Below are positions 12,497 to 24,075 of a stretch of 64,000 nt of DNA, in pieces. A model generated the notes under the pieces. The model worked only from the letters and a program-made list of their open reading frames with translations, was not told the DNA's origin and did no database searches. Position 1 is the stretch's first letter. Each line of letters starts with the position of its first letter. Source of the DNA: Octopus vulgaris (lineage: Eukaryota); contig OX597816.1 of NCBI GenBank assembly GCA_951406725.2, forward strand, positions 91,574,001-91,638,000. The letters run 5' to 3'. The translations under genes and the position numbers were made by a program.

Positions 12497-13161
12497 CTGC
12501 AAATTGTACAGCACACACAGAAAATAGTATAAATAGAAAAAATAAAATTCAAAACATTACTGAAGCAACATTGGAGCAGGATGGAGGGAAGGCATTGTAG
12601 TTACAATAAAAAGGGATCTTGCTATTCTTTAAGCTTTATAAAATGTTAGAAGAAAGAGAAGAAAAGAAAAGCAAAGAGAAAAGGATATATAAGCAGGATA
12701 GTGTCTTTATGTCTGTATTGAATCAGTTTCAGCTTGATGTAGAACCAGCATGGATGACATACAGACCTGTCAAGAAATTACTGTCTAGCAAAATATCAAT
12801 GTTGGCTCAATGATAACCAACTTTCACATGTGGTAAACAATGTTCTCAGTAAATTCTCCATTTGTTTTAATACAATCAATTTTTTCTTTTTTGATATATT
12901 TTATTATTAAATTTATTAGATGATCCACAAATGAATTGTGGCAAGAAATTTTTCTCATGTTGAGTGGCAGATGAAACTGAATGTGTTTAAATCAAGTCAA
13001 CATTTGAGAAGAACGATGAGACAGGCTCTTGATGTACACCGTACTTAAAACTCATCTGACCTGAATAAGAAAATAGAAAATGCAGTTAATATGAAGTAAA
13101 GAAAATTTGACATTCTTAGATATCAAGTAAAACAAGTCTTAATTAACAACATCAAGAAAAG

Positions 13162-13646
13162 AGCACCATACGAGCATGATCATTGACAGAGTGGCTAACC
13201 GGTTTCCGTGCCAGTGGCATTTAAAGGGCACCATTCGAGCGTGATCGTTACCAGCGTCACCTTACTGGCACTTGTGCCTGTGCTAGTACGGTGCCAAGAG
13301 CACCATCTGAGTGTGATCGTTGCCAGAGCAGCCAACTGGCTTCCATGCCAGTGGCACGTAAAAGGGCACCATTCGAGTGTGATCGTTACCAAAGTCGCCT
13401 TACTGGCACCTGTGCTGGTGGCATGTGTAAAAGGATTCGAGCGAGATCATTGCCAGTACCGCCTGACTGGCACGTAAAAAGCACCCACTACACTCTCGGA
13501 GTGGTTGGCATTAAGAAGGGCATCCAGCTGTAGAAACTCTGCCAAATCAAGATTGGAGACTGGTGCAACCATCTGGTTCGCCAGCCCTCAGTCAAAATCA
13601 TCCAACCCATGCTAGCATGGAAAGCGGACATTAAACGATGATGATG
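13162..13646 (+). mobile_element. RTE-like LINE 3' UTR copy with internal tandem subrepeats
   Basis: Same 3' core and (GAT)n tail as other copies; repeated gcaccattcgagcgtgatcgtt units upstream. Confidence 0.85.
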
Positions 13647-15152
13647 AAAAAAAAAATATTAAATATAAAAATGTATTAAAACATCTTCAAAAATCAAACC
13701 ATCAAAATAAGCAACTCTATACTTGAGAAAATAATTTTCAAAATCAGAATTTCTATATTTAGATTTTCAAGAATGCTTTAGCTTTTATCTCTGAACACTA
13801 ACATTAATATTAGATGTCAATAAATGGCCATTAAAACAGCTACTGGGCTTTTATCAAGTAACATAAAAACAGCTTTATTTCTGTCAGTAGCATCTCTGCC
13901 TATCTCCTAACAGCATTCTTATAAACCTTTACTTCCAAAAGAAATCATCAGTCATACACTCTCTACTATTCTCTTTAACAGTCAAATTTGATTTAATATT
14001 ATGCTATCTGAACATTATCAAATTTGCACAGCTTAACTTTTAAACTATTACATGAATAAATTTCATTTCAGATTAAACTTATCTTCAAGCTAGTTTCTCC
14101 ACATGAATTTATTTTCAACTATGAAATTATGTATGTCAAGCTTCTCTTCAAAAACACCCAAATGATGGAGACAATTACAAACTCTTGGTACTTGACTCAT
14201 TAGCATAAAATATAGGATTAAAAAAAAAAAAACTTTCACCAGCAATGATTCCATCAGTATGCCATGATAATGATCCCAGACATTTGAAAATGACAGAAAC
14301 CATGTTAGCTTTTGAACTTAATATTAGTAAAACCTTAGATCAATTCACATCGTCTATACTTGAAAATATATATTATACTAATGGGTATATGTTAAACACT
14401 AATATCTCTTTCTATAAACTGGGATGGGATTTTTTTCTTACTACTGTTCTCTTCAATGATTATCTATCAGTTACCATTAACCCTCTATCCACATGAAAGC
14501 AACTAATCTTTTAATACTGAATTTCTCACCTTAAACACTACAAACCTACTTCTTGTAGGCAATTTCTTACATATCTCATTTGTATCTGCCAAACTTACCA
14601 ACTTCACAATCTATACACAAAAACATATTTTATTCAACATTTTGCTTATTACCATTTTCATAATGCAGTATATGCATCATTAAATCTTTTTCATCTCATA
14701 TTTCCATTGACCTACTGTCAATGTTAAAATTCTATTAATTTCACTAATCTAACCCATTCTCCACACTTCACCATTCTAAGAGGGCATATTCTCCACCTCC
14801 TTATCCCAACACATACATAAAAATAATTTCTTCAAAACAACTGTTCTGAACAGATATTAAAATTATCGGAAAGGTTCTCAATACACTAAACTAGAAAGCC
14901 CAACATAATTTCTAGAACTATAATTTAATCAGTAACATTCACTAGAATAATCTTGAACAACCTTGTTTCTAGAAATCCACAATTTTAAATAAAAGTACAG
15001 AAAGATTTTTCAAGGACAATTATTACCAGAATCATACAAAAGTCAAAAGCAGAACAACTTTTCAAAAGGAAAGACAGTTCAGAAGTTCCAAGAATTTGAA
15101 TCATTAGCTTTTTATTAAACTGATAAATACTAACCTGGATGCAAATAAAACT

Positions 15153-15245
15153 TTAGAGAAGTACACAGTTTGAACTTTTCTTTCGGCCCTTGTCTCTTTT
15201 TTCTGGGTTTTTCTTGTTAATTAGTCGAACCAAGTCATAAAATAT
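15153..15245 (-). CDS. Rap1: Rap1 last coding exon (IFYDLVRLINKKNPEKRDKGRKKSSNCVLL-stop)
   Basis: Polybasic tail and CaaX box CVLL (geranylgeranylation type); TAA at 15153-15155; CAG acceptor. The six exons sum to 185 aa. Confidence 0.96.
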   Translation of the reverse strand: MFYDLVRLINKKNPEKRDKGRKKSSNCVLL

Positions 15246-17075
15246 CTGGGCAGAAAAAGAAACAAAGAAATACTAGGAAAATATTCCAGCCATGACAATC
15301 AAAAAGTAGTAATCTAATATGAATAAATATATTTCCAGACCATGAATTGTTAAGGATGAAAGATCCTCACTCAGTTTGATATGTGATTGTGGAAAAAAGA
15401 CAAACTCTTAGCATAATAACCATTTCCAGTGCAAGTAGCCAGACATTGCATATGTAAACATTATTTAGAAAAAAATATTGTCATCACTTAATATCCATAC
15501 TGGCATGGGCTGGACAGTCTCACTGAAGCTGGCAAGCTAGAGGATCATGCCAAGTTCTACAGTCTCCTTCCGTAGGTTTCTATGTCTGGATCAACTTCCT
15601 AACACCAAATATAAAAATCAAAATGTAGAAATTTCCTGAAACCATCTTTTATATATTTCTTACATTAATATTCTGCCTAATGTGTATTTCCTCTACACAT
15701 CTTGCATATTTTTCATTTGTTTCTGCAACAATTTTGTTAATTGATTAAAGTAGATTTTCAAAATTGTATCACCATGTAACTATAGGAAACTTCAAACAAA
15801 TTTAGGATATATGATTCCTGTAGATTCTCAATGCCTATGAAATGATATTAGAAAAACAATCTTTATAGAAGCCCATCTTTAAATACAAATTTAAGAGCTA
15901 AAAATACTGTCATGAAAGCTGGGGCCATAATTCATTTTCTTTTCTTTGATTGGTCTTTTTGTCCAACACATACAGGGCCACGAGAAACTTTTATAACTTT
16001 ATATACGTTTCATGAGGCAAGATGTGTAAATTTTGGTTTCCTTTGACCTCTTGGTCCAGGTCAGAATTACTAAAACAGAAAAAGTCATTATCATTAATAA
16101 AATATGAAGGCTGTTGGAAAATTTAACCTCTATTAGCACAGATGGCATTTTCACCAACTGACATCAAAATTTCATCTTCAAACAAATCCTGATTTAAGAT
16201 ATCCAATGAGCAGGCAGTACTTCACTTAGCTATTCAAACTATGGTCATTTGATTGTTTTATTAAGTTTGTTGTTCTGTAAAACTCCATGTTCTATATTAC
16301 TCATAAGTCAGGGTTTTCACTTAAAAATTCATTTAAAATAAATACTAAATGCCACTTATCTACTGAACCTAAGTCTGGGATTGGAATTCATCTACATACA
16401 CTTACAATGGTAAATGAGTGAATATAAAGGGCAGGTTGGTCATGTCAATACTCAGACTATCACAATTGTAACATCTTGGTGACATGTATTAAAACAAAAA
16501 CTGCTTAAGCAAGATTCAATTCAGCTGCAACACATATGTGCCTGTAATAATATGCCGTTTCATGAATTCATATATAATATGCCTTCCATGTGTATGAAAC
16601 ATATGCATAATTTTCTATCTGCCAGCTGTAACCAAAAGCCCATTAGATGCAGTACAAATTGTCAATCAGCAACAGCAATTTAAGAGAGCTGGATAATTTG
16701 TTTGTACAGGAATTTATCATAGAAACATTGCTATGAAACCTACAGTTCCAGGACCTAGCTACATTGTATAAATAATGATGGGGTTAATATCAATAAAATA
16801 ATTTTTTTTTTTTATTATTTAAACACACTTGTTAGTACAATTGCAAATGATATTTACAAAAAGCAACATGCAACTCGAAGGGGATGCACCTTATATAAAA
16901 GTATATATGGTAACCCTATAATCTTATTCACTTCCTTACTTTAATCAAAACAAAACTTTAATTAGTGGTAAATTAATAGTCTTATAAAGAAGAAAGTTAC
17001 AAAGCTGGTAAAAAATATAATATTGAAAAAAATACAAACTATGAAAGCTAATAATCTAATTAGACAAAATGGGAA

Positions 17076-17600
17076 TCTATCTTATATACTAAAAGGCAAG
17101 TTGTCTGTCTGTGTGTTGTGTGAACCATTTCTACTGCTACAATTTTCATTTGAATTTCACCAAATTTGACATGTGTGCTCTCTTTTACTTAGAACACTTT
17201 TTCTTACAATTTTTTCCTTGAAATTCCACGCCTCCAATATAAACAGACTGCCCTCAATTCGCCTAGGATTTGAACCCACCACATCTATGCAACAGTATGC
17301 GTGTGATATCATTAAAAGGCAAGTTGCTTGTGTGTGTGTTATGTGAACCACATCAACTCCTAGAATTTTCAACCGAATGTCACCAAATTTGAGGTGTGCT
17401 CTCTTTGACTTCGGATGCTTTTTCTTATCAATTTTTCCTCGAAATTCTGCACTTCCAATATAGACTACTCTCAATTCACCTAGGATTTGGCTTGAGCCAG
17501 CGAAAAAATGCGACACATACCCAGTTGGAAAGAATCAATGCTTTACTTTGTCAGCTGTGGCTAGCTCTTATCGCCTGCTCGCAAAGTCCAGCCAGCAGTA
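17076..17600 (+). mobile_element. Helitron-like non-autonomous element with a ~220-bp tandem duplication
   Basis: A/TCTATCTTATATAC start; taaaaggcaagttg..gtgaacca..caccaaatttga..tcaatt..cctaggatttg occurs twice (about 17090 and 17313). No clear CTAG end. Confidence 0.5.
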
Positions 17601-17764
17601 TTCATTTGTAAGTTACAATTTGTCTCTGTTTTCACATGAGCACTCTTTTTCATATAATTATTCCAACATAAACTAGCCAATTCAAAACTCTTACAAAAAA
17701 TTTAAAATCCTTAATTCGGTCAGTTTGATTAACATTTTTGCCAACTACATTTTACTACATATAT

Positions 17765-19607
17765 ATCATCATCATCATTGTTTTACGTCTGCTTTCCATG
17801 CTAGCATAGGTTGGACGATTTGACTGAGGTCTGGCAAACCAGATGGCTGCACCAGGCTCCAATCTGATCTGGCAGGGTTTCTACAGCTGGATGCCCTTCC
17901 TAACGCCAACCACTCCGAGAGTGTAGTGGGTGCTTTTATGTGCCACTGGCATGAGGGCTATGCCAGTGGCACTGGCAATGGGGGCTATGCCAGTGGCACT
18001 GGCAATGACCTCGCTCGAATGTTTTTTTTTTCACGAGCCACCAGCACAAGTGCTAGTAATGCAAATGGTGTTTTTAACGTGCCATCGGCACAGAGGCCAG
18101 CTTATTGCTCTGGCAACGATCTCACTCGTATGTTACTCTTAGCGCTCCACTAGCAACGGATGGCAGTCACCGAGTTTAATTTCGATTTCACTTGCCTCAA
18201 CAGGTCTTCGCAAGCAGAGTTTAGTGTCCAATGAAGAAAAGGTATGCATAAGTGGGCTGGTTACACCCCTGGCATAGGCCACGGGCTATGGTCTCATTTG
18301 GCTTGCTGGGTCTTCTCAAGCACAGCATATTTCCAAAGGTCTCAGTTACTAGTCATTTCCTCGGTAAGGCCTAATGTTCAAAGGTCATGCTTCACCATCT
18401 CATCCCAGGTCTTCCTAGATCTACCTCTTCCACATATTCCCTCAACCACTAGGGTTTGGCACTTTTTCACACAGCTATCTACATCCATTCTCGCCACATG
18501 ACTATACCAGCGCAGTCGTCTCTCTTGAACACCACATCTGATGCTTCTTAGGTCCAACCTTTCTCTCAAGGCACTAACACTGTCGAATATGCTCACTGAC
18601 ATTACACATCCATCGGAGCATGCTGGCTTCATTCCTTGTGAGTTTACGCATGTCTTCAGCAGTCGCGGCCTATGTTTCAATGCCATGTAGCATGGCTATT
18701 CATACACATGCGTCATACAGTCTACTTTTTACTCTGAGCAAGAGGCCCTTTGTTACCAGCAGAGGTAAGAGCTCTCTGAACTTAGCCCAGGCTATTCTTA
18801 TTCTAGCAGCTACACTTTCAGCGCACCCTCCTGACTTGGTCACCTAGGTAACAGAAGCTATCAACTACTTCTAGTTTTTCTCCCTGGAATGTGGTGGAAG
18901 TTGTTCTCTGCACATTTTCAGTGTTATTTATAGCTAGCAAGCATCTGCCACATACAAAAGCTATCCTCCCAGTTAGCCTTCTTTTGATATTGCTGCACCT
19001 CTTATGTGTCCATTGGGTACATCTTATAGGGTTTCTACATATGCCTTTTCTACAGATCGAGCAGGGCCATCTACCTGAAGGGATTTGTGGTTTGCCTGCC
19101 TTCCTACTTATTAGGACTTTGGTTTGACCGTTGCCAGCGCCGCCCCGACTGGCCTCGTGCCGGTGGCACATAAAAAAGCACCATCCGTTCGTGTCCGTTG
19201 CCAGCCTCGCCTGGCCCCCATGCCGGTGGCACGTAAAAGCACCATCCGTTTGTGACCGTTTGCCAGCTCCATCTGGCACCTGTGCGGGTGGCATGTAAAA
19301 AGCACCCACCACACTCACGGAGTGGTTGGCGTTAGGAAGGGCATCCAGCCGTAGAAACACTGCCAGATCAGACGGGGCCTGATGCAGCCTTCTGGCTTCA
19401 CAGACCCCAGTTGAACCATCCAACCCATGCTAGCATGGAAAGCGGACGCTAAATGATGATGTTTTAGCTAGGTTGATTCTAAGGCCCTTCGATTCTAATC
19501 CTTGTTTCCACACTTGAAACTTCTCTAGTTCTGATAGTGACTCAGCAATTAGAGCAAGATCATCAGCATAGAGGAGCTCCCAGGGGGCATCCTGTCTTGA
19601 ATTCCTC
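17765..19607 (-). mobile_element. 5'-truncated RTE-like LINE (RT C-terminal half, Cys/His finger, 3' UTR)
   Basis: PWELLYADDLALIA, NLAKTKVL, FCYLGD, RRLRWYSH and GRGRSRKTW motifs in ORFs 19430-19714, 18818-19423 and 18378-18686; (GAT)n tail at 17765. Confidence 0.92.
19126..19460 (+). mobile_element. RTE 3' UTR copy inserted antisense into the LINE above
   Basis: Interrupts NLAKT/KVL; flanked by a GTTT duplication (19122-19125, 19461-19464); (GAT)n tail. Confidence 0.88.
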
Positions 19608-20129
19608 AGCAGATATGATCCAGCACCGTCCATTGGATGAGGGGGGAGGGGCATTTTGCTTGTATATGTATATGTGTGTGTGTGTAAAAGTTTTTTTATC
19701 CCCTCCCCAATCACCTGATTACAATTGTTGCTTTGTTTTCATCCCCATAACTTAGCCTTCAGGCAAAACACTCCAGTGGCTTACAAAGAATAAATCTTGG
19801 GGTCAATTTCTTCCACTAAAGGCAGTGCTGCAGCATGTCCCCAGTCACATGACTGAAATAAGTAAATGAATAAAAAACTATGCCATTTTAGTCCCGATCA
19901 ACACCAGGTATCTCTACTAGTATATACAGAAAAATGTAATTTAGAATTCAGATTAGAAAATTATATGACAGCATATAATATTACAAGATCTTAACTGATA
20001 TCAGCAACATCTTGCTGAGTTAGTTATAGCCCTAGGCTGACCAAAGATACTTTAACTGGAGTAGAAGTATCACCAAAATCTGTTGCAAAGGAAAAGGAGT
20101 TAAAATGGTAGGGAAACTGACCAAAACTT

Positions 20130-21410
20130 CATGAATGGATTTGGTAGAGACATTACCCGAATCACTGATGGCAGCTCCTGGGTGGATGTTTACCTGGAGT
20201 TTGCTAAGGCTTTTAATTCTGTGCCACAAAAAAGACTTATGGTGAAACTCTCTGCAATGGGTGTAAGAGATGATCTCTATAACTGGTTGAAGTCCTTCCT
20301 TATTGGCCGAAAAGAAGTTGTCACAGTTCTAGGACAGCGTTCTTCACCCTATGAGATGACATCTGGTGTACCACAGGGATCTGTTCTTAGCCCCCTTTTA
20401 TTTGTTGCATATGTTAATGACATAGATGCTAACTTAAAGCATGCCACAGTGCTGAAATATGCAGATGACATCAAGCTGTACCTCGAAATAAAGACGACAG
20501 ATCCTGTACACTATAGATCTTTATTGCAATCAGACCTGGACACTATGCAGCAGTGGATCATGGACTGGCAACTCAAGCTGGCTGTGGACAAATGTACCAC
20601 CATGCATTTTGGGAGGAAAAACCCAGTGTCTAATTACTCCCTCCACAACACTAATCTCAAAAAGTTTTCCTGTGAATGTGACCTGGGCATTATTGTCAAC
20701 AGCGATTTGCGTTGGACAAAACACATTGCTAAAATTGCCAAGAAGGCTGAGGGTGTCTTGGCATCATTTACCAAGTCCTTTGTGAGCCGCTCTCCGGCTA
20801 TCTATAGCTATGGTGCGGCCTCACCTGGAATTTGCATCACCGATCTGTAACCCCTATCTTGCCCAGGATATTAATCGTCTGGAAACCGTTCAGTGATGTG
20901 CAACCAAGAGAATACCCTCCATCAGGCATTTGCCATATTCTGAATGCCTTATTTCCCTGGGCATGGATACATTGAAACTCCGATGTCTGGCAGCTGACTT
21001 GGCAGACACCCATAAAATTATTAACCATCTTACTAACAATAACTCTAAGCACCTTTTCAAACTCCACTTGTCTAACACCTGTGGACATGTTTACAAAGTC
21101 AGAAAACAGCACAGCTCCCATGACTTTCGGAAACATTTTTTCACGCTAAGAGCTGCTGAAGCATGGAACAGACTGCCAGCATCAGATGTTAGTTGTCGGA
21201 GCACTGCATCCTTCAAAACTTCCATGCTCCCTGAGATTCGCCAACACTACACCTGATTTTCTCCCCTCCATACACACGCAAGCATGTATCTGACTCATAC
21301 ACTGTACACTTCCCAGACATTTGTACATTACTGCATATGCTTTATACACACTTTTGACAAGTTGTGGTGCACCTGAGCACTGCATATAATAATTTCATTA
21401 TCATTATATA
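20130..21410 (+). mobile_element. 5'-truncated CR1-clade LINE (RT, C-terminus and 3' UTR), antisense in a Rap1 intron
   Basis: YLEFAKAFNSV, SGVPQGSVLSPLLF and KYADDIKLY motifs; frameshifted continuation with FFTLRAAEAWNRLP; (TTA/TCA) tail. Confidence 0.93.
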
Positions 21411-21421
21411 TTATTTTTAAA

Positions 21422-21434
21422 CAGAGAGAGAGAG

Positions 21435-21480
<46 letters not shown>
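21422..21480. repeat. (GA)n(GT)n microsatellite
   Basis: Directly visible. Confidence 0.95.
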
Positions 21481-21483
<3 letters not shown>

Positions 21484-21705
21484 ATATGTTTGTACCTTTT
21501 TGATATCTCATGATAGCTGTAAATGAGTGTCAGCCATACAAGAAGTGTCATTCATTTCCAATACTCTGTAAGAATATGTCTGACAATGGGGGAAATATTA
21601 TCTTGCTTGGAAATAGGTGAGGGGTTTCTGAGAGGAAGGACATCCAACCACAGAAACAGAATGGTAAAGGTGGACATATGATGATTAATCGATGATGTAT
21701 CTTAC

Positions 21706-21846
21706 CTCATTGACATTGATTTTTGACTTGGCTGAAGTTTCCAAAAAGCCACAATTAAATTGCCTTGCCAAATTAGTACCTTGGTCTTTACCCACAACAC
21801 GCTCATCCTCCAAGTCACATTTGTTACCCACTAGAAGCATGGGTAC
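21706..21846 (-). CDS. Rap1: Rap1 coding exon 5 ([47 protein letters not shown])
   Basis: G4 NKCD and G5 ETSAK motifs; 141 nt; CAG acceptor and GTAAGA donor. Confidence 0.97.
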
Positions 21847-22640
21847 CTGTGAAAAGAATATGAAAAAAAGTTAAAATCAGAGCTATGCAGAGGATTTTTT
21901 TTTTTAATTATGGAAGGTTAAGTGATGATGAAACCTAATTTGAAATTTAATAGGTTTGGTTTGATGTATATTTCAATATGTAAAATTCTGAAAATTGAGA
22001 TAATTATATAAAATACTGAAGCAAGAATACAGTTTGAAATCTAACTTCTAACCTAATTATAAATTCATTTTCAACATTAATATTATCATTCAAAAAACAA
22101 AAAAGATAATCAACAATTACCACAGCAATCAATGATGTTCAGACATAATTCTAAAAATTAGAATCATCTTAGCATAGATATAATTTGTCTACATTAAAAT
22201 ATATTGAAATAATTTGATTTAACAATTAGTATTTTTAAATGACAAACCAGTCATTTTAATCAGAACATTTAAGCACCGAAACAAGTCTAAGATTATATGA
22301 AGGCAAAAGCAATTCTTGCTATAGAAAGCATAACATGAATACTATCTAGAAAAACAAATGAAATTAGCAGAAATTATACACAAATGCACACAACTCAGAG
22401 TTGAAGTAACATCACTATGTTTTAAAATCTGTGGATAGAGATAATGAATAGAAAGGGATTGAGAACTAATCTCTGGTGAACACCTATTTACCACCAACAT
22501 TATTTTTCAAGCACACTCAGAGTGTGAACTTAGCTCAGAGCATTTTTTTGCAACTGCCTCATTAGAAATATAGCCTCTAGGTTTGAAAGCAATCCATCTT
22601 GCTTTACGACTAAGCTAACCTTATCTTGAACTTGTCAATT

Positions 22641-22715
22641 TTCAAGACTGTGTAACAAAATTCAAGACTGTGTAACAAATTCAAGACTGTGTAACAAATT
22701 CAAGACTGTAACAAA
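22641..22715. repeat. Tandem repeat, about 4 x 19 bp TTCAAGACTGTGTAACAAA
   Basis: Directly visible. Confidence 0.95.
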
Positions 22716-22737
22716 ACACTATTTTAATTTTTTGTTT

Positions 22738-23182
22738 ATTTTGGTCTTTGGTCAGTAAGTGTTGTTTCTTATTTGCTTCTATCTAAAATTCAAAGGAAAT
22801 TACTATTCCCTTCAAACTTTGCTTTTGTAACCTGGACATCAATGTTTCAAAACTGGTCTATTTTCCATTACATTTCAGACAGATTCAACTCTGAGTTGCT
22901 GAAGAAGAAATATTGTTATAGCAAATATTCTGTTCAACACCATAGATTTGCTTGTCAGTTGCTTGACCATAACCACTTAAGCATGTCCCTTAGTGGCTGA
23001 CAATAGGTGCATCTCTAATCATGAGCAAGAGTAGCAGGAGAGCATCAAACCCATATGTTGAGAGGGATTCTTTGGAGTTTGGAATAAATGTAACAAAAGC
23101 AAAATTTGAAGGAAATATTTACCATTTTTCATGTTTTCTAGGGGTAAGCAAATAATAACAGTTGCTACCCAAGGACAAAAAT
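22738..23182. mobile_element. ~440-bp MITE-like repeat, copy 2
   Basis: Colinear with 10284-10709; same imperfect TIRs. Confidence 0.75.
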
Positions 23183-23190
23183 CATGTCTT

Positions 23191-23235
<45 letters not shown>

Positions 23236-23644
23236 TACAGTGGTCAATAAAAACCTCTGTAATTATCCCCAACCATTTTAACTCCTTTTCCTTTACAAGT
23301 TTTTGATGATACTTCTACTTCAGTTGAAGTATCTTTCTATGCCATGAAATTAAGTGCTCCATCTTTCAAGAAAGTATTGTATCAATCTATAACCAAAGGT
23401 TATTGAAGAGTCACTTTAACTATTTAAAGAAGACATAGAAACTTATATTTCTTTCCATTTATTTTTAGAGATTTCAAAATTTCTGTTGCACAACTTGAAC
23501 TTGGTCACTGATATGGTTCCACTGCAGCAGTTTGAAATTTAAAGATCATACCTCAGAATAAAATGGATCAATGTATTTGCTTCAATTGCTTCTACTGGTG
23601 CAACATATAAAGCACTACATGTAAATTGCCCGGGTGGGCATTAT

Positions 23645-24075
23645 GTATAACGCGCCCATGTGGGCACCACTTGTAATGTGCCATGTGTAATGTGCCCGTG
23701 CAGGCACCACGTATAATGTGCCCGTGCAGGCACCACGTATAATGTGCCCATGAAGGCACCACGTATAATGTGCCCGTGAAGGCACCACGTATAATGTGCC
23801 CGTGAAGGCACCACGTATAATGTGCCTGTGAAGGCACCACATATGTGCCCGTGAAGGCACCACGTATAATGTGCCCGTGAAGGCACCACATATAATGTGC
23901 CCGTGAAGGCACCACGTATAATGTGCCCGTGAAGGCACCACATATAATGAGCCCGTGAAGGCACCACAGGTGCCACGGGTAAAGTGCCTGTGCAGGCGCC
24001 ACAAGTAAAGCGTCTGTGCAGGCGCCACAAGTAAAGCGCCTGTGCAGGCACCACAAGTAAAGCACCCGTGCAACA
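23645..24075. repeat. GC-rich 26-bp minisatellite (CCCGTGAAGGCACCACGTATAATGTG), about 15 units
   Basis: Period 26 (for example 23695 to 23721); fused at its right end to an RTE 3' tail at 24100-24260. Confidence 0.95.

Noticed and set aside
20131-20850. 239-aa RT ORF as an active or domesticated gene
   Set aside because: 5'-truncated, frameshifted, with the first catalytic motif altered (YLEF instead of YLDF); an ordinary dead CR1 copy.
21692-21874. Plus-strand ORFs overlapping Rap1 exons (also 29699-29914 and 29815-30006)
   Set aside because: Antisense shadows of the real minus-strand exons.
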